NCBI GenBank assembly: GCA_964565945.1
Contig: CAZMGY010000019.1
Span: 1-32,000, forward strand
From: an uncultured bacterium
GTDB taxonomy: Bacteria > GCA-001730085
DNA length: 32,000 nt
Direction: 5' to 3'
Shown: positions 16,101-24,846 of the stretch, in pieces
How the letters are laid out: every line of letters starts with the position of its first letter
How positions within the stretch are numbered: the first letter of the stretch is position 1
Made by a program: the position numbers and the translations under genes
Notes under the pieces: model-generated
The model's input: only the letters and a program-made list of their open reading frames with translations
Told to the model about the DNA's origin: nothing
Database searches by the model: none

Positions 16101-16346
16101 CGTCCGATTTTGATGACCACGCTGACCACTGTTTTAGGTTTGATTCCTTTGGCCTTAGAGTTATCGGAAGGATCAGAGGTTCAGGCGCCGATGGCTAAAA
16201 CTGTGATGGGTGGGCTAGGCATGGCGACGTTTTTAACACTTTTTGTGATTCCGGCCTTGTATTTGATGTCGGAAAATATGATGGATTCCCTCTTTAAACG
16301 TGAACGTTTGGTGATTACCGAAGAGGGTAAAGCTCGATTAAGCTAA
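13101..16346 (+). CDS. RND efflux permease, AcrB/HAE1-type (first of two tandem permeases)
   Basis: ISVRRPVMTVMVYLGLTLFG N-terminus, GLALGIGMMVDNAIVVMENI, the repeated second half ..SGIVVNNAIVLI.., and RLRPILMTTLTTVLGLIPLAL. Length is 1081 aa. The start may lie a few codons further in. Confidence 0.93.
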   Translation: MGLKGVALNLSEISVRRPVMTVMVYLGLTLFGMISLMKLPQALYPQITFPQLTVMTYYGNAAPEEVETLITKIIEEAVGTVSDLKRVTSKSKEGMSLVTAEFSWGTDMNFAALSMREKIDLVKARLPRDSGEPIVLKFNPLELPAVILSLTGERGDVEMLRYARRFIKEALEKLEGVASCSISGGVDREIHVDIDQAKMMASSISIDEVTDALTDDNLNYPAGTIKENFYEYLIRSIGEYTSVEEIGQMPLYLDDRDEIKRNRERGSEYLRDNVNQDVAGGLGKRLIYLSDIAKVTDTKKERHSYSRYNGVSNISLSVQKQATANVIDVAERVKKELKVIKETMPEDMAVEVIYDQSIFVKQAIRGVATAIWQGGLIAFFILLYFLKNIRSALVVGVSIPVSVVIAFGLMYGFGVSINMMSLSGLALGIGMMVDNAIVVMENISRLRTEGKRSNEASIEGSNEVGLAVFASTLTTVAVFFPMVFVVGIAGQMFKDLSLTVVFSLMASLLVALTLIPRLSSGEKEVKRSEEYQPRWVTVLEYPFYVISRVYGVMIRLFLKTRLLGLPLIVVTFVGSIFLMMTLNKEMLPKVDQGEFVVKVTMPAGTLLKVTNKIVYKIENYLLERSDVESISIQVGSDQEDTSSAEAVDGLEAHEGELTVKLKANRKQKTKVIVSEIRDHLKFEDLDVAQINIIQSDSSLAGFGGGEGGAPIIIEVKGTRLDKLRQIADALKAKMESIPGIVSVKDDFAQPSPEIKVTINKDRAALHGLSVIDISQTAQVALRGSVATKYKEEGKEVDVVVRLREEDRKDFGQLRNINIRSKTLKQNIPLREVAYLTRGLGPSEIVRKDQQRVITVSADIFGHSLDQVILELQGVLDRMKIPNQYSFELSGESEKMKNSFQSLQFALILSIILVYMIMASQFESLWQPIIIMLTVPLSLIGVSLTLFATRTSLNVMVILGIIMLSGIVVNNAIVLISTANDLRIMGETAYDAIVHACKLRLRPILMTTLTTVLGLIPLALELSEGSEVQAPMAKTVMGGLGMATFLTLFVIPALYLMSENMMDSLFKRERLVITEEGKARLS

Positions 16347-16356
16347 AGGGACAATC

Positions 16357-19300
16357 ATGGGTTTATCGCGTTTGTCTGTAGAACGCCCAGTTACAGTCTT
16401 AATGTTTTTTATTGCGATTATCATTTTAGGGATTATTTCGCTGTTAAAACTTCCTACGGAGCTTATGCCTAATAATGATTCCGACACAATCACCATTCGC
16501 ATAGGAATCCGCGGGGGGATGCCTCCCACCGAAGTGGAAACTCAGGTGACACGGATCATCGAAGAAGCTGTGGCGGGCGTGTCTCATATCAAAAACTTAT
16601 CCTCGATTTCCAAGGAAGGCGAGTCGACGGTTTCTCTTGAATTTAAACCAGGAACTAATATGGACTTTGCTGGTCTTGAGGTGCGTGAAAAGTATGCGCG
16701 TATTAAGAATAAGTTGCCCAAAGAAATTGAAAAGCCAGTGATAGCTAAGTTTTCTCAGTCCGATGTTCCCGTGATTATTCTAACTCTTTCAAGTTCGCGT
16801 CGAACACCCGAAATGTTGCGAAAGTTGGTTGACGATGAAATCAAAGAACGTTTCATGCGGGTGGAGGGGGTGGCCAATATTGACATTGGAGGGGGGCGTG
16901 AGAGAAAAATTGTGGTGGATATTGAAGAGGACAAGCTGAAGCAATACGGCCTTTCGATCAATCAGGTGATTAATGTAGTGACTATTAACAATATGAATCT
17001 GTTGGTGGGTAATATCAAAAAAACCAAGAAGCGCTATTTGATTCGCACGATTGGTTTATTCAAAAATATCGAACGCATTAAGCAGTTGCCCGTAGGGAAG
17101 TCGGATCAAGGTTCGATGATTCGCATTTTAGATATTGGAACGGTGAAGGATACATTCTTAGAGCCCAAAGGGTTTGCGAGGCTCAATTTAAAACCGGTGG
17201 TCTCACTTTACATCCAAAAAGAAAGTTCGGCTAATACAGTTAAAACGGTGCACGAAATAATTAAGATGAAGGAGCAGCTTCGTGAAACCTTGCCCGCCGA
17301 CATTAAAATGAATATCATTAACAGCCAAGCCGAAAAAATTGAAGAAGCGATTTCGACAGTGAAAGGGGCTTTAATTAACGGGGCCTTTTTGGCGATTATT
17401 ATCTTGTACTGTTTCTTGCGTAACATTAAAGCCACTTTTATTATTGGATCCTCAATTCCAATTTCGGTGGTGACCACGTTTATTTTTATGAATGCCAGTG
17501 GAGATATTAGCATTAACGTGATGACTTTGAGTGGTTTGGCCTTAGGGATTGGTATGTTGGTGGATAGTGCGATTGTGGTTTTGGAAAATATTTTCAAATA
17601 CAAAGAGAGAGGCTTATCCGATGTCCGCTCCGCAGTATTAGGGGCCGAAGAAATGGTGATGTCGATCATTGCTTCGACCATCACTACCATTATTGTGTTT
17701 TTGCCGATTATCTTTTTAAATGAGAACATTCGCTTACAGTACAGTGGCTTAGCTTTTACCGTAACATTTTCTTTGTTAGCCGCTTTGGTGGTTTCGCTTT
17801 CTCTTATTCCTATGTTGTTTTCACGTTTGGAAACCTCTCATACCTGGACGGCATTTGGCATTGTTGGCTTTGTGGGAGTGATGACTTTATTTTTTCGCTA
17901 TCCTGCTGATTTTGCTTTGTTTTTGATTGTTGTGGCAGGGGTAATTTTGGGGGGCCTTTATCTTCTGATTAAAATGGGACATCATTTTGCGCCTTGGTTG
18001 AGGCCTCAATACAGACGTCTTTTGTTGATTTTGCTTCGTTACCGTTACCGCTTACTGGTGGTGGTGGTGGCTGCGTTTGCTTTATCGGTTTATAATTTTA
18101 AAAAGTTAGATAAAGATTTGAATGCTGGTGGGGATTCTCGCAAGTTCACGACGTTTATTGAACTACCGAGTGGAGCTAAGTTGGAAAAGTCGAATGAAGT
18201 AGTGCGTAAAGTGGAAAAAATGTTGAGAGAGGTTCCCGAGGTGGAAACGTATTCGTCTCGTGTGGAGGGCTGGTCGTCGAAAGTGTACGTGACGTTAGTT
18301 CTCTCTTATCTGCGACGTAAGTCGGCGGAGCAAATTATTGACGAATTGCGACCTCAGGTCAAAAACTTTAAAGATGCCTTTATTTATTTTCAGCGTGAAG
18401 CCGAGGGGGAGCAAAAAGAAGTGACGGTTGATATGTATGGTTACGATTATAAAGTGCTTAAAGAGCTTGCTGTTTCAGTTGCCTCGCGTTTTGGAACAAT
18501 AGCTGAATTTAAAGATGCCAAGATTCGTATGCGTGAGGGGCGTCCCGAAATGCATATTTTGCTTAATCGCGAAAGTTGTCGACAGTACGGCTTGAGTGTT
18601 AAAACGGTTGCAGAGATAGTGCATGCCAAAATGCGTGGTTTGCGTGCCTCAACCTATAGTACCCAAGGTAAAGAAATTGAGATTATTGCGCGTTTGCGCG
18701 AAGTCGATCGCGACAAGTTTGGTGAGCTGAAAAAAATGCGAATCGCCCTTCAAAATGGAGAGCATATCTCCTTGGATCAGGTGGCTGAGTTTGATTTTGA
18801 CCTAGGTCCGAGTGAAATTTGGCGTAAGAACAAGAGCCGTATGATTCAGGTGAGCTCCACCCGATCCATTTCCTTATCGAAGTCGGTCGAAAAAATCAAA
18901 GCGGCTTTGGCCGATATGGAATTTCCAGAGGATTATTTTTATCGTTTTGGTGATGAGTATCAGGAGCTTAGGGAAAGTTCTCGCCAGATGGCGATCGCTT
19001 TAGGTTTAACCCTGATTTTGATCTATTTGGTTTTAGCTTCGTTGTTTGAGTCGTATTACCAGCCCTTTATTATTTTGATAACGGTTCCACTTGCCCTAAT
19101 TGGGGTAACGACCATATTGAAGTGGAAACAGATGACTGTGACAATGGGAACCATGATTGGATTTATTATGTTGGGTGGTATTGTGGTGAATAACGCGATT
19201 ATTCTGATTGATAGTGTGAATCGCATGATTGCTGAAAAAAAGATGCGTCCTTTGCGGGCTATTGTAATGGTGGGGCAGAACCGTATGCGACCGATTATAA

Positions 19301-19545
19301 TGACAACGGTGACAACGATCTTGGGATTATTGCCAATAGCTTTGGATGATAGCGAATCATCTCAATTGTGGGCTCCTTTGGCGATCACTGTAATTTCAGG
19401 CCTCAGCAGTTCAACGTTTTTAACATTATTTGTGGTTCCTTGCTTGTTTATTCTTTTTGAAGAATGGGGGGCATGGTTTGGTCGGTTGTTTCGAGGTGAG
19501 CTAAGACGTCAGCGTTTGTTTCGCCGCAAAAAAAATATCTCCTGA
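16357..19545 (+). CDS. RND efflux permease, AcrB/HAE1-type (second tandem permease; has an extra hydrophobic hairpin between TM6 and TM7)
   Basis: LSVERPVTVLMFFIAIIILG, GLALGIGMLVDSAIVVLENI, GGIVVNNAIILID, and RMRPIIMTTVTTILGLLPIAL. It starts 10 nt after the first permease. Confidence 0.93.
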   Translation: MGLSRLSVERPVTVLMFFIAIIILGIISLLKLPTELMPNNDSDTITIRIGIRGGMPPTEVETQVTRIIEEAVAGVSHIKNLSSISKEGESTVSLEFKPGTNMDFAGLEVREKYARIKNKLPKEIEKPVIAKFSQSDVPVIILTLSSSRRTPEMLRKLVDDEIKERFMRVEGVANIDIGGGRERKIVVDIEEDKLKQYGLSINQVINVVTINNMNLLVGNIKKTKKRYLIRTIGLFKNIERIKQLPVGKSDQGSMIRILDIGTVKDTFLEPKGFARLNLKPVVSLYIQKESSANTVKTVHEIIKMKEQLRETLPADIKMNIINSQAEKIEEAISTVKGALINGAFLAIIILYCFLRNIKATFIIGSSIPISVVTTFIFMNASGDISINVMTLSGLALGIGMLVDSAIVVLENIFKYKERGLSDVRSAVLGAEEMVMSIIASTITTIIVFLPIIFLNENIRLQYSGLAFTVTFSLLAALVVSLSLIPMLFSRLETSHTWTAFGIVGFVGVMTLFFRYPADFALFLIVVAGVILGGLYLLIKMGHHFAPWLRPQYRRLLLILLRYRYRLLVVVVAAFALSVYNFKKLDKDLNAGGDSRKFTTFIELPSGAKLEKSNEVVRKVEKMLREVPEVETYSSRVEGWSSKVYVTLVLSYLRRKSAEQIIDELRPQVKNFKDAFIYFQREAEGEQKEVTVDMYGYDYKVLKELAVSVASRFGTIAEFKDAKIRMREGRPEMHILLNRESCRQYGLSVKTVAEIVHAKMRGLRASTYSTQGKEIEIIARLREVDRDKFGELKKMRIALQNGEHISLDQVAEFDFDLGPSEIWRKNKSRMIQVSSTRSISLSKSVEKIKAALADMEFPEDYFYRFGDEYQELRESSRQMAIALGLTLILIYLVLASLFESYYQPFIILITVPLALIGVTTILKWKQMTVTMGTMIGFIMLGGIVVNNAIILIDSVNRMIAEKKMRPLRAIVMVGQNRMRPIIMTTVTTILGLLPIALDDSESSQLWAPLAITVISGLSSSTFLTLFVVPCLFILFEEWGAWFGRLFRGELRRQRLFRRKKNIS

Positions 19546-19638
19546 AATATCTTGAAGATTCCTGAAAATTTCATTACAATGAGATCCTCGAGATCTTGTC
19601 ATTTAGGATTGAATTGTGTTAAAAGGATTGTGTGAGTT

Positions 19639-20865
19639 TTGCGTGAAAATGACATTATCACAGGGGTTGATTTAGGATCAAGCGCGATTCGTGTTGTGAT
19701 TGGTCGTGTTAATTCCCATGGTGTGCTGGATATTTTAGGTTTTCAAGAAAGCCCTTTTCAGAACATTCGTCATGGGGTTATTACCGACTTATATCGCACG
19801 GTCGATATGGTGAAAAAGCTTTTGGTCGATGCTGGAGACGAAGCTGGCATCGAGATCGAAAGCGTGGTTGTGAACATCGGTGGCGATTATGTGAGGTCTT
19901 TTTCATACCAGTCTGTGGTGCCCATCAAGCATGGTGATCAGAAAATACGCAATATCGATCTTTATAGAGCTGTTTATGAAACAATGGATGAGCCTATCCC
20001 CGAATCTTTTGAAATTATTCACACCGAAGTGAACGATTTTGTGGTCGATGGTGTGGGGGGTATTCAAAAGCCACTTAAAATGGTTGCTAATGAGCTTAAA
20101 GCCGACTTACATGTTTTTGTGGGTAAGCGCAATTTTTTGCAAAATATTGTGAATATCTTTGGGGAAATGCGCATTTCGATTGAAGGCTTTTTTGCTAATG
20201 CTTTTGTGATTGGTGAAGCGGTTTTGGCCCAAGAGGAAAAAGAGCTTGGCGTGATTTGCTTAGATGTGGGTGCTTTATCAACTGATGTTCTGGTGTATCA
20301 GCAGGGCAAAGTGATGCATGGATTCAGTATGGCCCTAGGCTATGATTCGGTGACCGAGCATTTGGCACAAAGTTTGCGTATTTCACGTGAGCAAGCCCAA
20401 GATATTAAAGAAAAGTATGCGTATGTTGGCCCGATGCAAGTGGGCGAGGATAGAGATATTTCTTTGCAAAATGTCGCAAGAGCTACTTTTTCGCGCGTGT
20501 CTCCAGAGCAGCTCAGTCGTTTGGTGGAGCAAGAACTTCAAAGGCTTTTTTCTCGGATTGATTTGCGTTTGCAAGAGGATGCTGCCAAAGAGATGGCGTA
20601 TGCTGGTGTGGTATTGACTGGTGGTTTGGCTCACTTGAAAGGCGCTGTGCATATGCTCGAAAAAGTGCTGCAAAAGCCTGTGCGTATTGGAAATGTGCAA
20701 TGCCCGATAAAACACAATGGAGAGTATTTGCAAGGGTATCAGTATGCTTTGTGTGTTGGACTCGTTCGAACCGCTTATCAACATTTTAACCCGATGATTC
20801 GTCGCCCTGGTCGTGTTGAACGTTTTCGTCATCTGGTGGGAACGTTTTTTTTCGATCTGTTTTAA
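19639..20865 (+). CDS. ftsA: Cell-division protein FtsA (actin-like ATPase)
   Basis: GVDLGSSAIRVVIG, EKELGVICLDVGALSTDVLVY, VVLTGGLAHLKG, and a C-terminal amphipathic tail FRHLVGTFFFDLF. The start codon is TTG 19639; the in-frame upstream GTG runs straight into TGA. Confidence 0.85.
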   Translation: MRENDIITGVDLGSSAIRVVIGRVNSHGVLDILGFQESPFQNIRHGVITDLYRTVDMVKKLLVDAGDEAGIEIESVVVNIGGDYVRSFSYQSVVPIKHGDQKIRNIDLYRAVYETMDEPIPESFEIIHTEVNDFVVDGVGGIQKPLKMVANELKADLHVFVGKRNFLQNIVNIFGEMRISIEGFFANAFVIGEAVLAQEEKELGVICLDVGALSTDVLVYQQGKVMHGFSMALGYDSVTEHLAQSLRISREQAQDIKEKYAYVGPMQVGEDRDISLQNVARATFSRVSPEQLSRLVEQELQRLFSRIDLRLQEDAAKEMAYAGVVLTGGLAHLKGAVHMLEKVLQKPVRIGNVQCPIKHNGEYLQGYQYALCVGLVRTAYQHFNPMIRRPGRVERFRHLVGTFFFDLF

Positions 20866-20891
20866 ATTTTCGTTAATTTGAAAAAAATTGT

Positions 20892-22355
20892 TTAGGCTGG
20901 AGATAAGATTTCTACGCGATCTCCAGTTTGAATCACGTAATCACCCAGAACATGAACATTGGCAGCACTCATTCCAGAACGAGCCTCTAGTATGTGAGCA
21001 CGGGCTACTTCGGCATTGTTTTGCAAAATACGAATGGCCATGTTTTCTTTAAGACCGTCTTTGGTGCCTAAATCGATGATGATAAAGTCGTGAGATCGAT
21101 CGATCTCGACGATTTTTCCCTGCACCAGAGGTTCTTTTTTATGCAAAATATCGGAGAAATGGCGCTTATGTTGAGTCTTTTGTTGTTGCGGGTTAGTTTT
21201 TGGGGATGCTAGTGCTTGTCTATCAAAGGAATTCTCCGAAATGGAGGCTTGGTCATCTTCATTGATGAGTGTGTTTTGGGTGCGGAGCATGATTTTTTCA
21301 ATGGCATCTTTAGCGCGAGATAGTTCCTGTAAGCGTAGTTTGAGCTTGGATTGAGATTTATATAATTGGGTTTTTAGTTGTCGGATAGTGAGTTGAGTGT
21401 CTTTTAATTTTTGATCACGCAGATGAATATCTTTTTCCAAGTTTTTTTGCAGCTTTCGGGCTTTGGATAATGTGTTAACCATGATGTTGTATTCTTCCTG
21501 AATGGCCCCAATTTTCTTTTCGTACTTTTGAATGATTTCGATTTTGATTTCCATTTTTTTGGCAATGTTGGAGGCCAAGATTTCGGCATCTTGGGCTTTG
21601 CGTTCGATCGTGCGTAAACTTTTATCTCTCTCTTCGATATCTTTTTTAAGTAAGGCAATTTTGGTGTCTTTCATGCTGGCATCAGCTATGCTAAATTCTA
21701 AATTGGTGATTTTCTTTTTGAACCCTAATGCCTTTTGGTTGTGTTTTTGCTGGGTTTTGCTAAGTCTAGCTATATGAGTCAGTTTAGCTTTTTTGAGAGC
21801 TTCTTTGAGGCGAGTAATTTGAATTTCGAGCAGGGCTTTTTCTTTAAGGGTATCGGTAACAAAGGAATTAGACTCAATGGTGCGAACTTGTTCGATTAGG
21901 GCACTTTTTTCACTTTTAAGATTTTCAATTTCGGATAGCAGTGACTTTTTATCTTCCAGCAATTGGTTGTAGTTTTGGGTTAAGGATTCAATAGTGTTTT
22001 TATGTTCAGTGTTCTTTTGGCTGATCAGTTGATGGCGACTTGAGGTGTTTTCGAACTCTTTGATAAGGCGTTTTTCGGTGTCTTCGTGGGTAAAAACTTT
22101 TTCTTTGAGAGCCGCAACTTCTTGATTGGTGGCTTTGAGTTCACTGATAAGAAAAGTATTTTCTGTGACGGCATCGGAGTGGGCTTGTTTGATGTAACTA
22201 ACATAGCCAATAGCCGAAAGCAATGTGATTACGAATAAACTGATCGATACAACCACCATCACATGGCCTGATCGGCTCGAATGTATCGTTTTGCAGCTAA
22301 AATGATTCAACTTTATATCCCAACCCTCATCGAATAAGCAAACGCATTCTAACAT
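20892..22355 (-). CDS. Membrane-anchored long coiled-coil protein with a small C-terminal beta-rich domain; function unknown
   Basis: Single TM segment VVVSISLFVITLLSAIGYV, then about 330 aa of heptad-like K/E/L/Q-rich sequence. The C-terminus reads GKIVEIDRSHDFIIIDLGTKDGLKENMAIRIL..VARAHILEARSGMSAANV..IQTGDRVEI. The start may instead be ATG 22259 (MVVVS...). Confidence 0.75.
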   Translation of the reverse strand: MLECVCLFDEGWDIKLNHFSCKTIHSSRSGHVMVVVSISLFVITLLSAIGYVSYIKQAHSDAVTENTFLISELKATNQEVAALKEKVFTHEDTEKRLIKEFENTSSRHQLISQKNTEHKNTIESLTQNYNQLLEDKKSLLSEIENLKSEKSALIEQVRTIESNSFVTDTLKEKALLEIQITRLKEALKKAKLTHIARLSKTQQKHNQKALGFKKKITNLEFSIADASMKDTKIALLKKDIEERDKSLRTIERKAQDAEILASNIAKKMEIKIEIIQKYEKKIGAIQEEYNIMVNTLSKARKLQKNLEKDIHLRDQKLKDTQLTIRQLKTQLYKSQSKLKLRLQELSRAKDAIEKIMLRTQNTLINEDDQASISENSFDRQALASPKTNPQQQKTQHKRHFSDILHKKEPLVQGKIVEIDRSHDFIIIDLGTKDGLKENMAIRILQNNAEVARAHILEARSGMSAANVHVLGDYVIQTGDRVEILSPA

Positions 22356-22391
22356 ATTATGACATGACCTGGTGAAGTGTTCTTGTAGCTC

Positions 22392-22421
22392 TTGACACCA
22401 GGTACTAATTAAGCATACAAT
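22392..22421 (+). promoter_or_regulatory. Candidate sigma70 promoter for rpsU
   Basis: TTGACA (22392-22397), an 18-nt spacer, then TACAAT (22416-22421). Confidence 0.55.
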
Positions 22422-22472
22422 ACTTGGATTGTTTTTTGAAATAATAGAGCATTAAGAAAGGGGTTGTTTACT

Positions 22473-22661
22473 GTGACAATGATCGTCGTGCGGAAAAACG
22501 AACCGCTAGAAAAAGCACTTAAGCGTTTTAAGAAAAAAATTGATAAAGAAGGTATTATGCGCTCGCTAAGAGAGCGTCAGTACTATGAAAAACCTAGCGA
22601 TATTCGTCGTAAACAGGTGAATGCTGCGCGTGCTAAGATGAAGCGCGACGCCATACGATAA
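22473..22661 (+). CDS. rpsU: 30S ribosomal protein S21
   Basis: (V)TMIVVRKNEPLEKALKRFKKK..YYEKPSDIRRK aligns with the E. coli S21 N-terminus [27 protein letters not shown]. I chose GTG 22473, which lies 9 nt after the AAGGGG SD. The track ORF starts at TTG 22464, directly abutting the SD. Confidence 0.9.
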   Translation: MTMIVVRKNEPLEKALKRFKKKIDKEGIMRSLRERQYYEKPSDIRRKQVNAARAKMKRDAIR

Positions 22662-22710
22662 CGTTAATTCAATTCTTGCTCTGTGTGAATCAACATAAGG
22701 TGGATGTTTT

Positions 22711-23211
22711 ATGAGAAGAGTCGTTCATTTAGCTTTAGTGGGGTTGATTTCTTTAGGCTTGGTAGGTTGTCCTAAGTTAGTTCGTAAGAAAAAATTGAAA
22801 GCAGAAGATTTGATACCTGTTTACACGTTTAACGACTCTTATGATCTTAAGACCCCTGAAGTTCGGATGGAGATTTACGATAAGAACTTCACTTATTGGA
22901 AGACCTCTCATCGAGAACTTGTGGAAGATTTGGAGGCCTTGGCTAAACGACGCACGGCTTATTTTGGTTATACTCTAGACTATCTAAGTCGGATGCAATC
23001 TTTGCTTAACGAACCGCTTAAATCGGATCTTAAGATTTACATTGGTCGTTACAATCGCCTAAAATCTCAAATTACGGCTACAGAGCTAAGCTATAGTCGT
23101 CAGGTTTCGTTAAAATCACGTTTAAGATATTTGTCCAAGGATATTGTGAGAGATTTTTCTCCACGTAATACTGCTGTGAAAGATGCTGTCCATGCGGAAG
23201 AATCTAAATAA
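22711..23211 (+). CDS. Hypothetical lipoprotein (166 aa)
   Basis: MRRVVHLALVGLISLGLVGC has a canonical lipobox, LVGC. An AAGGTGGA SD lies upstream. I recognise no family. Confidence 0.7.
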   Translation: MRRVVHLALVGLISLGLVGCPKLVRKKKLKAEDLIPVYTFNDSYDLKTPEVRMEIYDKNFTYWKTSHRELVEDLEALAKRRTAYFGYTLDYLSRMQSLLNEPLKSDLKIYIGRYNRLKSQITATELSYSRQVSLKSRLRYLSKDIVRDFSPRNTAVKDAVHAEESK

Positions 23212-23737
23212 GATCATTTTTCTTGATCGAGACGGAGTCATCAATCGTAAATTAGATAATGACTATGTTAAATTTTGGAATGAATTTGAATTTTTGCCAG
23301 GAGTTTTGGATAGTCTTGCGCTCCTTAATCAAAAAGGTTATGCCTTGATTGTTGCTTCAAATCAAGCTGGTGTTAATAAAAATCTGATGAGCTTGTGTGA
23401 TCTTAAAGATATTGATTTATGTATGAAGCAAGAGGTTCTTGAACACGATGGTCATATTCTCGAAGCTTACTACTGTCGCCATCGTGACGAAGACGAATGC
23501 ATGTGTCGCAAACCCAATCCTGGCTTGTTTCAACAGGCTTTTGACGATTTAGAATTAAATTCTCAAACCCTCGATGAACTTTGGATTATTGGGGACTCCG
23601 AAAGAGATATTGTGGCGGGCCATCAAGTGGGTTGCCAGGGTATTTTGGTTGGCCCTGCAACAGCTCGTCCTAGTGCTGCTGAGTTCACCGCCACAGACTT
23701 ACCTGCTGCGGTTGAAATGATTATTTGTGATTCTTAA
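23183..23737 (+). CDS. gmhB: D-glycero-D-manno-heptose-1,7-bisphosphate 7-phosphatase (HAD-IIIA, GmhB-type)
   Basis: IIFLDRDGVIN, SNQAGV, the Zn-site CRH..DECMCRKPNPGLF, and IGDSERDIVAG. An alternative start at ATG 23192 would reduce the overlap with the upstream gene. Confidence 0.85.
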   Translation: MLSMRKNLNKIIFLDRDGVINRKLDNDYVKFWNEFEFLPGVLDSLALLNQKGYALIVASNQAGVNKNLMSLCDLKDIDLCMKQEVLEHDGHILEAYYCRHRDEDECMCRKPNPGLFQQAFDDLELNSQTLDELWIIGDSERDIVAGHQVGCQGILVGPATARPSAAEFTATDLPAAVEMIICDS

Positions 23738-23754
23738 GATTTTTAAAATTTCTC

Positions 23755-24846
23755 TTAAACGTTAAAAAGAAACTCAACAATATCGCCGTCTTTCATGACG
23801 TAGTCTTTACCTTCTTGGCGCATGAAACCTTTTTCTTTGCAACCTTTCCAACCATTATTGTCGACAAAATCTTGGTAGCCCACCACATTGGCACGAATAA
23901 ACCCGCGTTCAAAATCGGTATGGATTACTCCAGCGGCTTGAGGGGCTGTTGCTTCCTGAGGGATGGTCCAGGCACGTGTTTCTTTTTTACCCGTGGTGAG
24001 ATAAGTTTGAAGTCCCAAAAGGTCAAAACATTTGGTGGCAATCAGATCCAAACCCGATTGAATTAACCCTAAATCTTGCAAAAACTCAGTTTTTTCTTCG
24101 TTATCAAGAGCCGAAATTTCTTCTTCGATTTTGGCCGAGATAATGGCGAACACATCACCATAGGATTCGGCATAGCTTTGAACGGCTTTGGTAAGTTCTG
24201 TTTCTTGGCCAATCTGATCTTCGGCGATGTTGGCAATGTAAACCACTTTTTTGGTTGTCAAGAGTTGAATAGTTTTTAAGTGTTCTTGATCTTCGTCGGA
24301 AAAGTTGATTTTGCGAGCCACCACCCCATCTTCAAGCACGGTTTTGATTTTTTGAAGAATCTCGGCGCGTGCAGCTATTTCGGCATCATGACGGCCTTTC
24401 TTTTGGGCGTTGATGAGCATTTTGTCGACACTTTCGAGATCAGAAAGAATGAGCTCGGTGTTGATAATTTCGATATCATGCAAGGGATTCACTTGCCCGT
24501 CGACGTGAACAATATTGTCATCTTCAAAACAACGCACGACGTGAGCAATGGCAGATACTTCACGAATATTAGACAAAAATTGATTGCCTAAACCTTCTCC
24601 CTGAGAAGCTCCTTTGACCAGGCCCGCGATATCGACAAATTCGATGGTGGCGTGCAGGGTATTTTCTGTTTCACTGATGCGTGAGAGTTCTTTAAGGCGG
24701 TCATCGGGGATGGGAACAATGCCCATATTGGGTTCAATGGTGCAAAAAGGGTAGTTTTGGGCTTCGGCGTTTGCATTGGTGATAGCATTGAATAAAGTCG
24801 ATTTGCCAACATTAGGTAGACCAACAATTCCGATAGATAATGACAT
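23755..24846 (-). CDS. ychF: Ribosome-binding ATPase YchF (Obg-like GTPase family)
   Basis: IGIVGLPNVGKSTLFNAIT, YPFCTIEPN, FVDIAGLVKGAS.GEGLGNQFL, and the C-terminal TGS-like YVMKDGDIVEFLFNV. A strong SD, AAGGAGAGGAG, is present. Confidence 0.95.
   Translation of the reverse strand: MSLSIGIVGLPNVGKSTLFNAITNANAEAQNYPFCTIEPNMGIVPIPDDRLKELSRISETENTLHATIEFVDIAGLVKGASQGEGLGNQFLSNIREVSAIAHVVRCFEDDNIVHVDGQVNPLHDIEIINTELILSDLESVDKMLINAQKKGRHDAEIAARAEILQKIKTVLEDGVVARKINFSDEDQEHLKTIQLLTTKKVVYIANIAEDQIGQETELTKAVQSYAESYGDVFAIISAKIEEEISALDNEEKTEFLQDLGLIQSGLDLIATKCFDLLGLQTYLTTGKKETRAWTIPQEATAPQAAGVIHTDFERGFIRANVVGYQDFVDNNGWKGCKEKGFMRQEGKDYVMKDGDIVEFLFNV

Noticed and set aside
20383-20832. A 149-aa ORF antisense to ftsA and a 76-aa out-of-frame plus-strand ORF (20387..20617)
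   Set aside because: Both lie inside the well-supported ftsA frame and have no independent signals.
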